Part shown: piece by piece, positions 39,376 to 49,285 of the stretch | How the letters are laid out: each line of letters opens with the position of its first letter | Position numbering within the stretch: the stretch's first letter is position 1 | From: a virus | Lineage: Duplodnaviria; Caudoviricetes | Strand: one strand, 5' to 3' | DNA: 64,000 bases | IMG/VR virus record: IMGVR_UViG_3300034157_000065 | Span: 32,001 to 96,000 of that record | The notes under the pieces: model-generated | The model's database searches: none | The model's input: the letters and a program-made list of their open reading frames with translations, nothing else | Told to the model about the DNA's origin: nothing | Translations under genes and position numbers: made by a program

Positions 39376-40269
39376 ATGAAAGCTTCCGATTTTAACAAAA
39401 ACTTCATCAAAGACCTTAAACTGCCAATTGCAGTGGATAAGTCTCCCTATTTTGAACATTACCTTGAATTGACCAGTCCTTATTATGGTTCCGTTGAAAA
39501 ATACGAAACCTTTAAGCGTGACTTTGAAGCGTTCGGTAGTCAATTCTTCTTTGAACACAACCGTAAAACAGTGAACGGCACCCTTGATATGATCTCGGCT
39601 TCGCCTGAATACGCTCGTTTTAACGCAATGGATATGAGTGTATTCAACAAAGAAATCAAAATCAGTGCAAAAGACCTTTACAAGTCGGATAAGGCTGATA
39701 AAAAGTTTTACAGCATTGATTTGGTTAAAGCCAACTTCCAGTCGCTGTTGCTGGTAGAGCCGACCATTTTTGGTGGTCATACCGATTATACTGAATTTGC
39801 GATTAGTCGTGGTTTTAACGAATACATGCTCATCAGTAAAATTACTCGCCAAATCTTGTTTGGTAACTTGAACCCGAAACGTCAACAAAAGGTTCAATAC
39901 TTCATGATGAACCAGATTGCTGATAAGTTGATTAAAGCCGGTGTGGATGTTTCGTGTGTGTATAGCCTTTCTTCTGATGAACTTGTCTTTGAACAAGGCG
40001 ACTACAAGAAAGAGGCTATTTTGGACGCTATTGCACCACTTGGCTATAATGTTCGTCTGGAAGCTTTCACGCTTCGTAAACCCTTTGATAAGCCCTTCTA
40101 TGTGAAGGAAAGGGATGATGGCAGTGTAGAGTTTAAGATGGTTCCTACGGCTGTAATGGCTGAGTTCATCAAACGCTTTGAAGGTCGTGCTGTTGAAGAC
40201 ATTGACCTTTACTTCTACGATGAAAGTAAACGCCTTGCAAAATTCGTTGAACCTGCCATCGAAAATTAA
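39376..40269 (+). CDS. putative minimal PolB-like palm-domain nucleotidyltransferase
   Basis: SIDLVKANF, KITRQILFG and SSDEL in the order and spacing of PolB motifs A, B, C; CDS clear, function inferred. Confidence 0.5.
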   Translation: MKASDFNKNFIKDLKLPIAVDKSPYFEHYLELTSPYYGSVEKYETFKRDFEAFGSQFFFEHNRKTVNGTLDMISASPEYARFNAMDMSVFNKEIKISAKDLYKSDKADKKFYSIDLVKANFQSLLLVEPTIFGGHTDYTEFAISRGFNEYMLISKITRQILFGNLNPKRQQKVQYFMMNQIADKLIKAGVDVSCVYSLSSDELVFEQGDYKKEAILDAIAPLGYNVRLEAFTLRKPFDKPFYVKERDDGSVEFKMVPTAVMAEFIKRFEGRAVEDIDLYFYDESKRLAKFVEPAIEN

Positions 40270-40369
40270 TATTGATAGTTAAAAAAGCAGTCTTCGGGCT
40301 GCTTTTTTCTTTCCATAACTCTTATACTATGGTATAATCACTATCTTAATTAAATAAACAGGTGACAAC

Positions 40370-41080
40370 ATGATCGGTAGAAAAGCATATTTCCGTTATG
40401 GTAACAAAGTGATGGCTGTTGAGGTCTATGCTGAGACTCCAGAAGCCTTTAAAGAGCGGACGGGCATTGATGTTATTGACCATACCGTTGCAGAAGTCGC
40501 CATTTTGGTTGATTATACAGGTGTTGTCTCCGAAGTCCGTGTTGGAAAGTCTGTTGAAAAACTGCGTTATGCTCAAGGGATTGCAGAAGTCATTACACGT
40601 CCAAGGTTGATGATGGCTCAACAAGATATTGATGATGCGATTGCTCGCTCGACCATTTCTTTGGAATTGAAACAAATTGCCGATATTCCTGACATGCCTG
40701 AACATTTCAAAGATTATTTGACTCCTTCATTCTATTTTGATACAGATGACCGCAAAGCTGGTAAAACAAGTTTCGTGGGTTTTGTTGAAATACCTAACGA
40801 AAACCATTTTATTTTGAATAATTTGATTACGTTGCATTCTGCTGCATTTAGTATGCCTGATAAAAAGGAGTTTGTTTCTGTTCATATTTTTAAAAGTGGA
40901 ACTTTTGAATTTGACACAGAGAAGGATGTTATTGAAAAAGGTGAGTGGATTGTCTTAATTTATGGTGTGGATAACTATTCTTTAGGCAAACGCTTTCATA
41001 CCGAACAGGAAGCAAATGATTTTGTTCGTCTTGGTTGGAAGATGGAACTTGAAAACGACTTACTCTACTACAATTCATAA
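40370..41080 (+). CDS. hypothetical protein (236 aa)
   Basis: AGGTG RBS, TGGTATAAT promoter. Confidence 0.75.
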   Translation: MIGRKAYFRYGNKVMAVEVYAETPEAFKERTGIDVIDHTVAEVAILVDYTGVVSEVRVGKSVEKLRYAQGIAEVITRPRLMMAQQDIDDAIARSTISLELKQIADIPDMPEHFKDYLTPSFYFDTDDRKAGKTSFVGFVEIPNENHFILNNLITLHSAAFSMPDKKEFVSVHIFKSGTFEFDTEKDVIEKGEWIVLIYGVDNYSLGKRFHTEQEANDFVRLGWKMELENDLLYYNS

Positions 41081-41123
41081 GTATTAAAATACGACAAAAG
41101 GCTCATTAGTGGGCCTTTTTTTA

Positions 41124-41152
41124 TTGACGATTTTTGATAAAAGTGGTATAAT
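41124..41152 (+). promoter_or_regulatory. sigma70-type promoter
   Basis: TTGACG-N17-TATAAT. Confidence 0.8.
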
Positions 41153-41195
41153 TCTTTCCAATAACTACCATATAAGGTAGTATGGAGGATGGAAA

Positions 41196-41375
41196 ATGCG
41201 TATGTTACTGTTGAAAGTTCTCATTGTTGTTAGCGTTTTGACACTTGTTGTAACGGGGAGTATTTGGGCTGCTGTTCTTTCAGTCGCTTTTGGTTCTCTG
41301 TTGGCATTAGAGAAAAATGAAGTTACACACTTGTGCCACAAACAATGCACTTATAAATTTAGCCAAAATTATTAA
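41196..41375 (+). CDS. 59-aa membrane protein (not in ORF track)
   Basis: GGAGG RBS; MRMLLLKVLIVVSVLTLVVTGSIWAAVLSVAFGSLLAL... Confidence 0.6.
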   Translation: MRMLLLKVLIVVSVLTLVVTGSIWAAVLSVAFGSLLALEKNEVTHLCHKQCTYKFSQNY

Positions 41376-41387
41376 GGATACCAAACA

Positions 41388-41714
41388 ATGACTATTCAAT
41401 ATATTATGACTCATGATGTATGGCTGGCCCATGTGGTTAGCTTGATTCCTGATGCCTGTGCCAAAGATGAAACCAAAGAGAATATTGCTTTTGATTTGGC
41501 AATGGAGTTTGGTATTTTGAGTGGTCTTGTTCCAAGCGGTTGGTATCCTGATGAAGCCGTTGGTCATTTGGTGGATCGTGAAGAAGAAAAAGGCAATCTT
41601 GATGATAGTGATCTTGTCGAATTTGATGCAAAAGTCTCGGCTTATCATGATAAATTGAAAGCTAAATATGAACAAGAACAAACCGAATCCGCTATTAAAC
41701 AGGGAAATGTGTAA
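41388..41714 (+). CDS. hypothetical protein (108 aa)
   Basis: TAAGGA RBS; TAATG coupling to the next gene. Confidence 0.75.
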   Translation: MTIQYIMTHDVWLAHVVSLIPDACAKDETKENIAFDLAMEFGILSGLVPSGWYPDEAVGHLVDREEEKGNLDDSDLVEFDAKVSAYHDKLKAKYEQEQTESAIKQGNV

Positions 41715-42874
41715 TGACTACCAGTGCCAACCAACAAGTTGTTTCCATCGTTAATGCTCTGACTGATTATCTGTTTTCGGATAAACTTGATCAGAGTATT
41801 GTCGAGTTCAAAAAATATACACCAATCGAAGAACCTGTTGTCATGACAATGGAATTGATGAGAGCTATTATTGATAAAACAGCAACCCCTGAACAACTTG
41901 AATTGGTCGATAAGTTGTCAATGCAAACACTTCGTAAATTTTCTGAAGAAGATGCAACCAATTCTCTTATTTTTAACATTGATGGATTTCGCTATCATGT
42001 TAAACAATCAGTTAAGGATTACACTGTCTATTCAAAATATAAAGCTCCTGATTTTTCTGCACTTCCAGAGAAATTTAAAGAGCCTCTTATTTATGATGTT
42101 GATCTTATTCATGAGCGTTTCGTTGAATTGACTAGCCTTTATCCACAACAATCGTTTATTACCTTTACCAACAAAGATCGTTATAGTTCTAATGAGTTTA
42201 GTGAGTATGGTATTGCTCGCCTAAGCACCTACTATCCAGTGGCTTATGTTTCAAAAGACCTTCTTGATCTGTGTGACCAATTTCCAGAAGCTTTTAGTGA
42301 AGAACAGCTTGCCTTTATTGATGAGAACAAAAAAAGCAGTTTTCAGAAAGTTGAAGGTTCTCAAAAGACGCTTGAAGACGCTTTCAAAGTATGGAAAAGC
42401 TTGCTTCGTAAAAAGAAAGCTACTGCTGATAAACAGTTTGCATTTAATGACGCTGATAACTATGCTTATCTTGAAGAAACGGACACTCATCTGTTGATGT
42501 CACAACGTAGCCAGAACACTCTGTATGCTTACGTCTTTGAAAAAGCAACTGGTCGTTACAAAGTGTGGAAAGCTGCCCGAGAAGTGAAAGCTGAACATGA
42601 TGATTTCTACTATTCTGAGATGGTTGACGATTGTACGAACTATTTGGAAATGGCTCAGTATTATATCGGTCGTTCCTATGGCCCTACTACCTATCCAGTG
42701 ATGGTTGAACATGATGGGTATGATAAATCGGCTCAGCATTACCTTCAGAACTTTGCAGACGATGATGGCTTGGTTTATGATTCGTCGCGTGGATTTAACT
42801 TGCAGTCTGATGACGCTGGTAATCTTTTTAGTGATTTTGACTTGTTGTTGCAGGTCATCCACCATTACAATTAA
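41714..42874 (+). CDS. hypothetical protein (386 aa)
   Basis: Long ORF; terminator at about 42898-42919. Confidence 0.8.
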   Translation: MTTSANQQVVSIVNALTDYLFSDKLDQSIVEFKKYTPIEEPVVMTMELMRAIIDKTATPEQLELVDKLSMQTLRKFSEEDATNSLIFNIDGFRYHVKQSVKDYTVYSKYKAPDFSALPEKFKEPLIYDVDLIHERFVELTSLYPQQSFITFTNKDRYSSNEFSEYGIARLSTYYPVAYVSKDLLDLCDQFPEAFSEEQLAFIDENKKSSFQKVEGSQKTLEDAFKVWKSLLRKKKATADKQFAFNDADNYAYLEETDTHLLMSQRSQNTLYAYVFEKATGRYKVWKAAREVKAEHDDFYYSEMVDDCTNYLEMAQYYIGRSYGPTTYPVMVEHDGYDKSAQHYLQNFADDDGLVYDSSRGFNLQSDDAGNLFSDFDLLLQVIHHYN

Positions 42875-42991
42875 CCGATAATTATTTTTACAATAATAAG
42901 CCTAGCAATAGGCTTTTTTCGTTGATATTAATTAATTATTTTGATACAATAATCGCTTCTTAATACTAATGAAGCATTAAAGGAAATAATC

Positions 42992-43423
42992 ATGTCAAAA
43001 GTCTATAATGGTGGTATTTATACATTCTCTTTTAAATTGAGTGGTTCATTATCAATTGAAGACATTTCAGATTCTTTTTTTAAGAAACTTCATTCAAGCG
43101 ACGACTTGAAGTCATTGCTCACAGACCATCAGTATTCAGTTTATGAAACGATTCTTCTGTTTAAAGAACATGAGGAAGAAGGCTATAACTATAAGACGAT
43201 TGACGGACTAGAACGAATTATTGATAATGAAGACGGCGAATTTTCAATTGGGTTTGCTTGTTCCAGACGCTTTACAACTGATGAATTAAAAGATCTCTAC
43301 GTTCATGTGGTCATACCTATTATGATCGCTTCTGATGTAGCCTGTACGCCTACTGGTGGGTTTTCAGAACATCATGAAGTCATTGAGCGGACGTATCAAA
43401 ATCACACGATTTCATTCGCTTAA
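42992..43423 (+). CDS. hypothetical protein (143 aa)
   Basis: AAGGA RBS. Confidence 0.7.
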   Translation: MSKVYNGGIYTFSFKLSGSLSIEDISDSFFKKLHSSDDLKSLLTDHQYSVYETILLFKEHEEEGYNYKTIDGLERIIDNEDGEFSIGFACSRRFTTDELKDLYVHVVIPIMIASDVACTPTGGFSEHHEVIERTYQNHTISFA

Positions 43424-43482
43424 ATTGTTGATTGTGATCAAATTTGATGGTATAATTTCACCATATTTAGGAGCCATCTGTT

Positions 43483-43734
43483 TTGAAATCTTCATCTCAA
43501 ACCCTTAATTTTTTGGGGCTATTATTACTGAAATTAGCTTATGCTCTTTTTATTAAGATGCTAGGGTCTTGCTATAGCAAAAAAACGCTAATTTTAGGAA
43601 CTTTTCGTATTATTGATGATGAGATTACTTACACTGATATTGAAAAGGATGTTGTACATAGATTGTTTGGATTTCCTGTTTTAACCCATGCTGGGAAGCT
43701 GACTGATGACGATTGGAAGCGTATTATTTCTTAA
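43483..43734 (+). CDS. hypothetical protein (83 aa)
   Basis: AGGAG RBS before TTG. Confidence 0.6.
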   Translation: MKSSSQTLNFLGLLLLKLAYALFIKMLGSCYSKKTLILGTFRIIDDEITYTDIEKDVVHRLFGFPVLTHAGKLTDDDWKRIIS

Positions 43735-43754
43735 CATTTTTTAGGTAACAAACA

Positions 43755-43964
43755 TTGGCACACTTTATCAGAAATTATCTAATGCTCATCGAATCCCATG
43801 CTGGGATTTTCTTTATTGCTTTCTTCATCTGTCTTGCAGTCTTTTACCATCTTCCAGAAAAAAGTGTATTGATGTTCTTGGGTGTTTTTAGCATACCATT
43901 CGTCATTATTCCATTATTTTTCAAAATTCTTTTATTTTTCTTTGAAAAAAACGAGTTTAAATAG
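43755..43964 (+). CDS. small 2-TM membrane protein, TAG stop
   Basis: Two hydrophobic helices. Confidence 0.6.
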   Translation: MAHFIRNYLMLIESHAGIFFIAFFICLAVFYHLPEKSVLMFLGVFSIPFVIIPLFFKILLFFFEKNEFK

Positions 43965-44118
43965 TTGATTTTTATGTGTTTTTTCACACCACAAAAAAGA
44001 TTAAAATACTTTGTAAGTATTTGATTTTAAAGGGTTTAAATCCTTGTGTATTTTTATAAAAACTTGCTTTTTTATGATTTTCTTGGTATAATACTCTCAC
44101 ACAAACAGGAGAGCAAAT

Positions 44119-44328
44119 ATGACTATCAAAATGAATACTGTAGAATCCAGCTCAATCTTTCAAGTCGGCTATCGTCGTCGTGTTATGCAAGTTCAGTTCA
44201 ATTCCGGTCGTCTTTATGAGTTCCGTAAAGTGCCTCGTGCAAAGTATGACCAACTGTTGAAGTCCCCATCGAAAGGTGAGTTCTTCAACCGTGAAATCAA
44301 AGGTTCTTATGTAGAAGCTGAGATTTAA
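44119..44328 (+). CDS. KTSC domain protein
   Basis: SSSI..VGY...L/M.VQF.SG..Y.F..VP...YD.LL..PSKG.FFN..IK..Y. Confidence 0.9.
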   Translation: MTIKMNTVESSSIFQVGYRRRVMQVQFNSGRLYEFRKVPRAKYDQLLKSPSKGEFFNREIKGSYVEAEI

Positions 44329-44422
44329 ATCAGGTTTATCAAAGGGCACTTCGGTGCCTTTTGTTATTATTGTAAATTTTAAAAATTATGCTATAATAGC
44401 TCAAATTTCGTAGGAGACTACA

Positions 44423-44749
44423 ATGTCCAATTCCAGTCCTTGTGTTGAATGTCCGTTCAAACAATCCATCCCCGGTGATTGCCATGTTGCGTGTGGTCAT
44501 CCTGTGGCTAATGGTGAGCGTCAAATGATGCTTTTAATGATGGTTATGACAGGCCAGCTAAACACTATTGAAAAAGCTTTGGGGCTTACAATAAGTCCAC
44601 ATGGGGCGGCTTCTGGGTGGGCTAATTTCCCTGTGAACTACGACCCTATCTGGGTTACTGGAACGTGTTCTATGCTGGAAAACTACAAGACGGCTTTGGC
44701 ACTTCATCAAGAAAAAAAATCTGCTGAACTTATCCATAAAGAAGTCTGA
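44423..44749 (+). CDS. Cys/His-containing phage-type hypothetical protein
   Basis: C..C.F...IPGD.H..C.HP and HG...GW..FP.NYDP.W....C. Confidence 0.75.
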   Translation: MSNSSPCVECPFKQSIPGDCHVACGHPVANGERQMMLLMMVMTGQLNTIEKALGLTISPHGAASGWANFPVNYDPIWVTGTCSMLENYKTALALHQEKKSAELIHKEV

Positions 44750-44845
44750 TACCTTATTACTACACCGTTAACAATTAAAGACTTGAGCGATCAGGTCTTT
44801 TTTGTTATAATGAAACTCTCCAATTCCTATAACGGCTTATTGACA

Positions 44846-45304
44846 ATGAATGATGGTATTACTCACAAAGAACGACTTCATATTGATAAGGTCGTAAACT
44901 TTGCTAAACATATTGATGACAATGGTTTTCAGCACAAAGTGGCTGCAGCGATTGTTTATAAAAATAAAATCATCAGTCTTGAACACAACGTTGATAAAAG
45001 CCATACCTTTCAAAAACGTTTTGCTAAAAACGAACATGCTATTTTCTTTCACGCAGAAACCAGTGCTATCCATAAAGCGTTAAAAATCCTTGGTGCAGAT
45101 AAGCTTAGTAAAGCTACGCTGCTGGTGGTTCGGTTGTCTTCGGTTAAGAGTAAGTATCGTCAACGCCTGTTGCACCACACATTAGCCACCAGCAAGCCTT
45201 GTGAGGGGTGTTCGTCGTGCATTAACCATTATGGTATTAAGAAAGTGATTCACAGTGTTATCAATGGTTTTGAAGTGTACAATAATTTGGAAATGGTTGC
45301 TTAA
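44846..45304 (+). CDS. Zn-dependent cytidine/dCMP deaminase-fold protein
   Basis: H.VAAAIV, HAE and KPCEGC motifs; start uncertain. Confidence 0.85.
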   Translation: MNDGITHKERLHIDKVVNFAKHIDDNGFQHKVAAAIVYKNKIISLEHNVDKSHTFQKRFAKNEHAIFFHAETSAIHKALKILGADKLSKATLLVVRLSSVKSKYRQRLLHHTLATSKPCEGCSSCINHYGIKKVIHSVINGFEVYNNLEMVA

Positions 45305-45356
45305 AAAATAACTTTGTGTTATTATAATGTCTCAAAAATAAACTAGGAGTTCTACA

Positions 45357-45947
45357 ATGAAGCGAATTATGTTTACACTCATGTTGTTCCTCAGTATGAG
45401 TTTTGCTGCTTACGGAGCACCACAAACCACAGGTTGTAACATTTCAACCGATGGACTTTCACCAGAAGTTGTAAAACAAATGATGGATCTTTGTGTTAAA
45501 GACAAAGAACAACAAGCATCAGTTTCCGGTGTAGCGTCTGAAAATATCAAGAACCTTGGCGAGTTTGCGACTATCTCCAAAGAGTTTGCAAGTTCTCTAG
45601 GTATCGCAGCCAATGAGTTGGGTGTTGCAGCCAACACCTTTTTGGCTTCACCCGCAGGTATGTTGACGGCTGGTGTGATTATTTGGAAAGTGTTTGCAAT
45701 GAATATTCTTGGTCTGTTTTTTATTCTGGTTGTTATCGGTATCTGGATTTTCATGTTGCGAGCCGCTATGACTGAATCATTTGAAACAAAAATGGTTAAA
45801 GGTTGGGGTGAAGTTGAACGAGAGAAAAGAACTCGTATCTACATGGATTTCGAAAACATTTCAGGTGAACGTGGTTGGTCGTTGGTTTTGGTTAACATTG
45901 TTCCTATCATCTTGATTGCTATTATTGTTGGTAACATGATGCATTAA
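45357..45947 (+). CDS. membrane protein with signal peptide
   Basis: AGGAG RBS; N-terminal signal, C-terminal TM helices. Confidence 0.75.
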   Translation: MKRIMFTLMLFLSMSFAAYGAPQTTGCNISTDGLSPEVVKQMMDLCVKDKEQQASVSGVASENIKNLGEFATISKEFASSLGIAANELGVAANTFLASPAGMLTAGVIIWKVFAMNILGLFFILVVIGIWIFMLRAAMTESFETKMVKGWGEVEREKRTRIYMDFENISGERGWSLVLVNIVPIILIAIIVGNMMH

Positions 45948-45987
45948 AAATTTGAAGACAACAAAAAAGGCACTTAGGTGCCTTTTT

Positions 45988-46458
45988 TCAGTGTTGTGTT
46001 TTATTATTTTTGATTACGGTAAATCCTAATTTTACTTCTTTTTTAATACCTTGTGCCCTTTCAGCTAAAACAGCATTTACGTCAGCCAAATCATAATTAA
46101 TTTCATGAATTACAATTCTTGTAGGGTTTAATTTTGCTCTTTTTTCTGCTGTATACTCAGTTTTTTCAGATTCACTCATTTTAGCCATTTTGTCATATTC
46201 TTCATCAACTAATCGTTGGACAGAATTAACAACCATATCATCAAAAGATTTTTTTGGTTGAGTTGGTTGAGAGTCTGATAAACTCATGTTTATCATGAGT
46301 GCAGTAGGAATTGCAAGCCCAGCTATCAAGAGTTTATGGTTAGCACAAAAACTTTTAAAGCTTTGAAGAATCCCTTTTGTGTTTTCAAATTTATCTGATT
46401 GATTAAGATTGTTAGCAAATTCTTCTTTGAGTTCTTTTATCTCTGAGAGCTTGGACAT
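45988..46458 (-). CDS. membrane-anchored/exported protein with the same extended leader as 12058 and 47106
   Basis: KELKE.F..NL.QS..F..TKG leader then hydrophobic segment; no HExxH. Confidence 0.75.
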   Translation of the reverse strand: MSKLSEIKELKEEFANNLNQSDKFENTKGILQSFKSFCANHKLLIAGLAIPTALMINMSLSDSQPTQPKKSFDDMVVNSVQRLVDEEYDKMAKMSESEKTEYTAEKRAKLNPTRIVIHEINYDLADVNAVLAERAQGIKKEVKLGFTVIKNNKTQH

Positions 46459-46623
46459 AGTTAATCTCCATTATAAGTGTTATTTTTTATATTTTAACAT
46501 ATTAAAATAATAATTATAGAGTTCACCTTTAAAACAATGCTGTTTTTGGTTACATAAACAATAAAAACATTGCTTATTTATAGAATATTTGCTATAATTT
46601 AAACATATTAATTAAGTGAGAGA

Positions 46624-46824
46624 ATGATTATGTCTTTTTTTGAAGGTGGTGGTAAATCGCGTATTCATGATGATGTCGCTGATGTTCATAAACGTTTTGA
46701 TGCGGCTGTTAAAGCTGCCAAGACTGACAGTCAAAAACGTAATCTTGAAATGGAACGCTCTGAGGCCGTAAGTGCTGTTTGTAAGCGTTATGGTCAAAGT
46801 GGTCGTGGCGGTTTTCTAGAATAA
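46624..46824 (+). CDS. small hypothetical protein
   Basis: TGCTATAAT promoter upstream. Confidence 0.65.
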   Translation: MIMSFFEGGGKSRIHDDVADVHKRFDAAVKAAKTDSQKRNLEMERSEAVSAVCKRYGQSGRGGFLE

Positions 46825-46861
46825 TATATTAACATCCTTTTACTTAAAATAAGGTGGCAAA

Positions 46862-47059
46862 ATGTCGTATACTTTTGATGAACAAAACAATGTCTATCTG
46901 CTTGAAAGCAACCTTGATGAAAATGATCTTTACGATGCTCTTTTGTCTATAGCAAAAGATAATGATCTTATTGAAGCCAACCAAGCATCAGATGCTTCTC
47001 ATATCATGTCTATTCTATCAAATAACAGTGTTGATATTGAGTTTCTACCAGAAGAATAA
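46862..47059 (+). CDS. small acidic protein
   Basis: AAGGTGG RBS. Confidence 0.65.
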   Translation: MSYTFDEQNNVYLLESNLDENDLYDALLSIAKDNDLIEANQASDASHIMSILSNNSVDIEFLPEE

Positions 47060-47105
47060 ATGGATATTACTAGGCGTAAAATAATATAAAGGCAATTAAG
47101 TGCCT

Positions 47106-48785
47106 TCATATCTTTGGTTTTTTAATTAATGGTGTTATAGGATCATTCATTGTCTTATTTTTTAATTCTTCTTTAATCTTTAATACTTTCGAGTAGTCAT
47201 AATTAACTTCGTCTATAAATATTTTATTAGAGACTCCTGCTAATATCTCTTTTGTTATGATAGGTCTACTATCAACTTCTTTTTTTATGGTTTCAATGAA
47301 TTTTTCCGTAAAATTTTCCAGTGTTCTCTCTTTCCTAGTCTCTCTGTTGTGTTTAGCATTCTTAAATTGGTCATATGTTTGATCGTAAATCGCAGATGTT
47401 ATTTGATTGTATTTAAAACCGTAGGCTATATTATTTGATATTTTCTCTACTAATGGGTCTAGTTTCTTATTTTCATCAGTATAGTTATCAATTGAAGCAA
47501 AAGGCATTTTTTCTATTTCGCTAACAATAGATGATAACAACCTGACATTACCACCTTCAATGATATTCTTTTTGATATCTTCGTTGTTTGCTTTTAAATC
47601 AATTGCATAGGTTTCTCCATTTGGCATGATTGCTGTATTGGATATATGGTTGGTTATCATAGAAGCAAATTCAATGACATCTCGTTTATCCATTTCCAAT
47701 AACCTTGGATTGTCATTAATTGCTTTCTTTAATTCAGTTAATACATATATTGTGTTATGTGAATGAAATCCAAGAAGCACCTCATTCACTCTCATTTTAA
47801 TAATGCTGTCTACCATTTTATTAAAATGTGATAAATCACCCGATTCAACGCCTAGCATAGTCAGGGCGGCTACATCTGAATGGGCCTCTCTATCCACAGC
47901 ACGATTTAGCTGACAACTGACTGGATCGTAGTTAATTGATTGCTTTAATGCCGCATGAGTGGCTTCATGGTAGATAACGAATTTATACAAGTCAAATAGT
48001 TCTTGTTTAGTTTCTGAACCTGTTATAAAGTCTTTTGCCATTCTTATTTCATTAGCAGAAGTATCTAATAAATACAATGAATTTGAAATCGTTGATTGAT
48101 GAGCTGTATTTAAAACTACTGGTTGGTAATGACTGTTATCTTCAGGTCTTGCTCCATACACCTCAATTGTATTATTTTCCCAGAAAGGATTTTTGAACAC
48201 AATCATTTCGTTAGCTTTTAAATTCATAATGGCGTCAATGTTCGCATCCGTAATCTCTTGAACCGTCTCATTAGCGTGTTTAATATTTTTTATTTGATGG
48301 GCTAACTCAACATCTTTCATAAAGTTTATGGTTCTTTGTATAGGGTCTTTTTCTTGTAGCCTATCCTTATAATTATACATCATGGCAGAAATGTCACTTT
48401 CATGCTGGTCTAAATCATATGTCTTTGTTGTTTTTGTTGTCTTTGTTGGAATTTCATCTAGGTTATAAGATTTGTTAATTGAATCTAATGTTGGTATTTC
48501 AGGAATGTCATCAAGATTGACTGGCACATGGATGGCGTCTAAGTCATGAGTAATTTGGCTTTTAACTTGTGTTGATTGTTCGGTATCTGCATTGGCTATT
48601 GGTGATCCAAATATCATTGTATTGATAGCTATAGCTCCAATCAGACCTGTAATGAATTTTTTATTATTTTCATAGTGCTTTTTAAAGTTTCTAAAAAGAC
48701 CTTTTGTGTGTTTAAATTCATTTGATTGATAAAGATTATCATCAAAATATTCTTTTAATTCTTCTATTTTATTAAATTTAGACAT
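47106..48785 (-). CDS. putative Zn metallopeptidase (HExxH) with extended N-terminal leader
   Basis: YHEATH plus EAHSD; F.NPFW..N.IE and ALTM.GVES shared with 12058. Confidence 0.7.
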   Translation of the reverse strand: MSKFNKIEELKEYFDDNLYQSNEFKHTKGLFRNFKKHYENNKKFITGLIGAIAINTMIFGSPIANADTEQSTQVKSQITHDLDAIHVPVNLDDIPEIPTLDSINKSYNLDEIPTKTTKTTKTYDLDQHESDISAMMYNYKDRLQEKDPIQRTINFMKDVELAHQIKNIKHANETVQEITDANIDAIMNLKANEMIVFKNPFWENNTIEVYGARPEDNSHYQPVVLNTAHQSTISNSLYLLDTSANEIRMAKDFITGSETKQELFDLYKFVIYHEATHAALKQSINYDPVSCQLNRAVDREAHSDVAALTMLGVESGDLSHFNKMVDSIIKMRVNEVLLGFHSHNTIYVLTELKKAINDNPRLLEMDKRDVIEFASMITNHISNTAIMPNGETYAIDLKANNEDIKKNIIEGGNVRLLSSIVSEIEKMPFASIDNYTDENKKLDPLVEKISNNIAYGFKYNQITSAIYDQTYDQFKNAKHNRETRKERTLENFTEKFIETIKKEVDSRPIITKEILAGVSNKIFIDEVNYDYSKVLKIKEELKNKTMNDPITPLIKKPKI

Positions 48786-48916
48786 TCTTTAACCTCGAAC
48801 CTATTAATTAAATCATACCATATAAAAATAATAATCCTATATGTTGGAAACACTTTGCAGGCTTTTTTTGTTTGTGATATACTCACATTTAACTTTTAAT
48901 AATGGAGAAATTGTTT

Positions 48917-49216
48917 ATGACTGCTGATGACTTGAAGAAATTGTTTAATGAGTACGCTGAATCCGATGAACCTCATAAATTTGATCGAGTTCCTGTGAAA
49001 TTTAGCAAACGTGACGACCTCCATGCTTTTATTTTGTTGGATAAAATCATGCCTGATGGTCACACCATGATTTCAGCCGCTGGACATGATGAAATCTTCT
49101 TGGATTTTGAAATTGAAGAATTGGCTAAGGTCATCACCCAAGAACAAATTCTGGAATTAGTGCGTTGTGGTGTGTCTTACGATGGACATCATGACCGCCT
49201 TTACATGTTTGTTTAA
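48917..49216 (+). CDS. phage-type hypothetical protein
   Basis: GGAG RBS; SKR.DLHAFILLD, A.HDEI and LVRCGV motifs. Confidence 0.75.
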   Translation: MTADDLKKLFNEYAESDEPHKFDRVPVKFSKRDDLHAFILLDKIMPDGHTMISAAGHDEIFLDFEIEELAKVITQEQILELVRCGVSYDGHHDRLYMFV

Positions 49217-49285
49217 TTAACAGTTGATTTAAGATGGCTCATTTGGTATAATGGGCCTTCTTAATTTATAACAAGGTGTTTTACC

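Noticed and set aside
44014-44026. IHF consensus match TAAGTATTTGATT upstream of the KTSC gene
   Set aside because: Degenerate AT-rich consensus expected by chance in this sequence; no supporting context.
44846-45304. Deaminase C-terminus LEMVA as a member of the tag family
   Set aside because: Met is at -3 with no terminal Ile; not counted.
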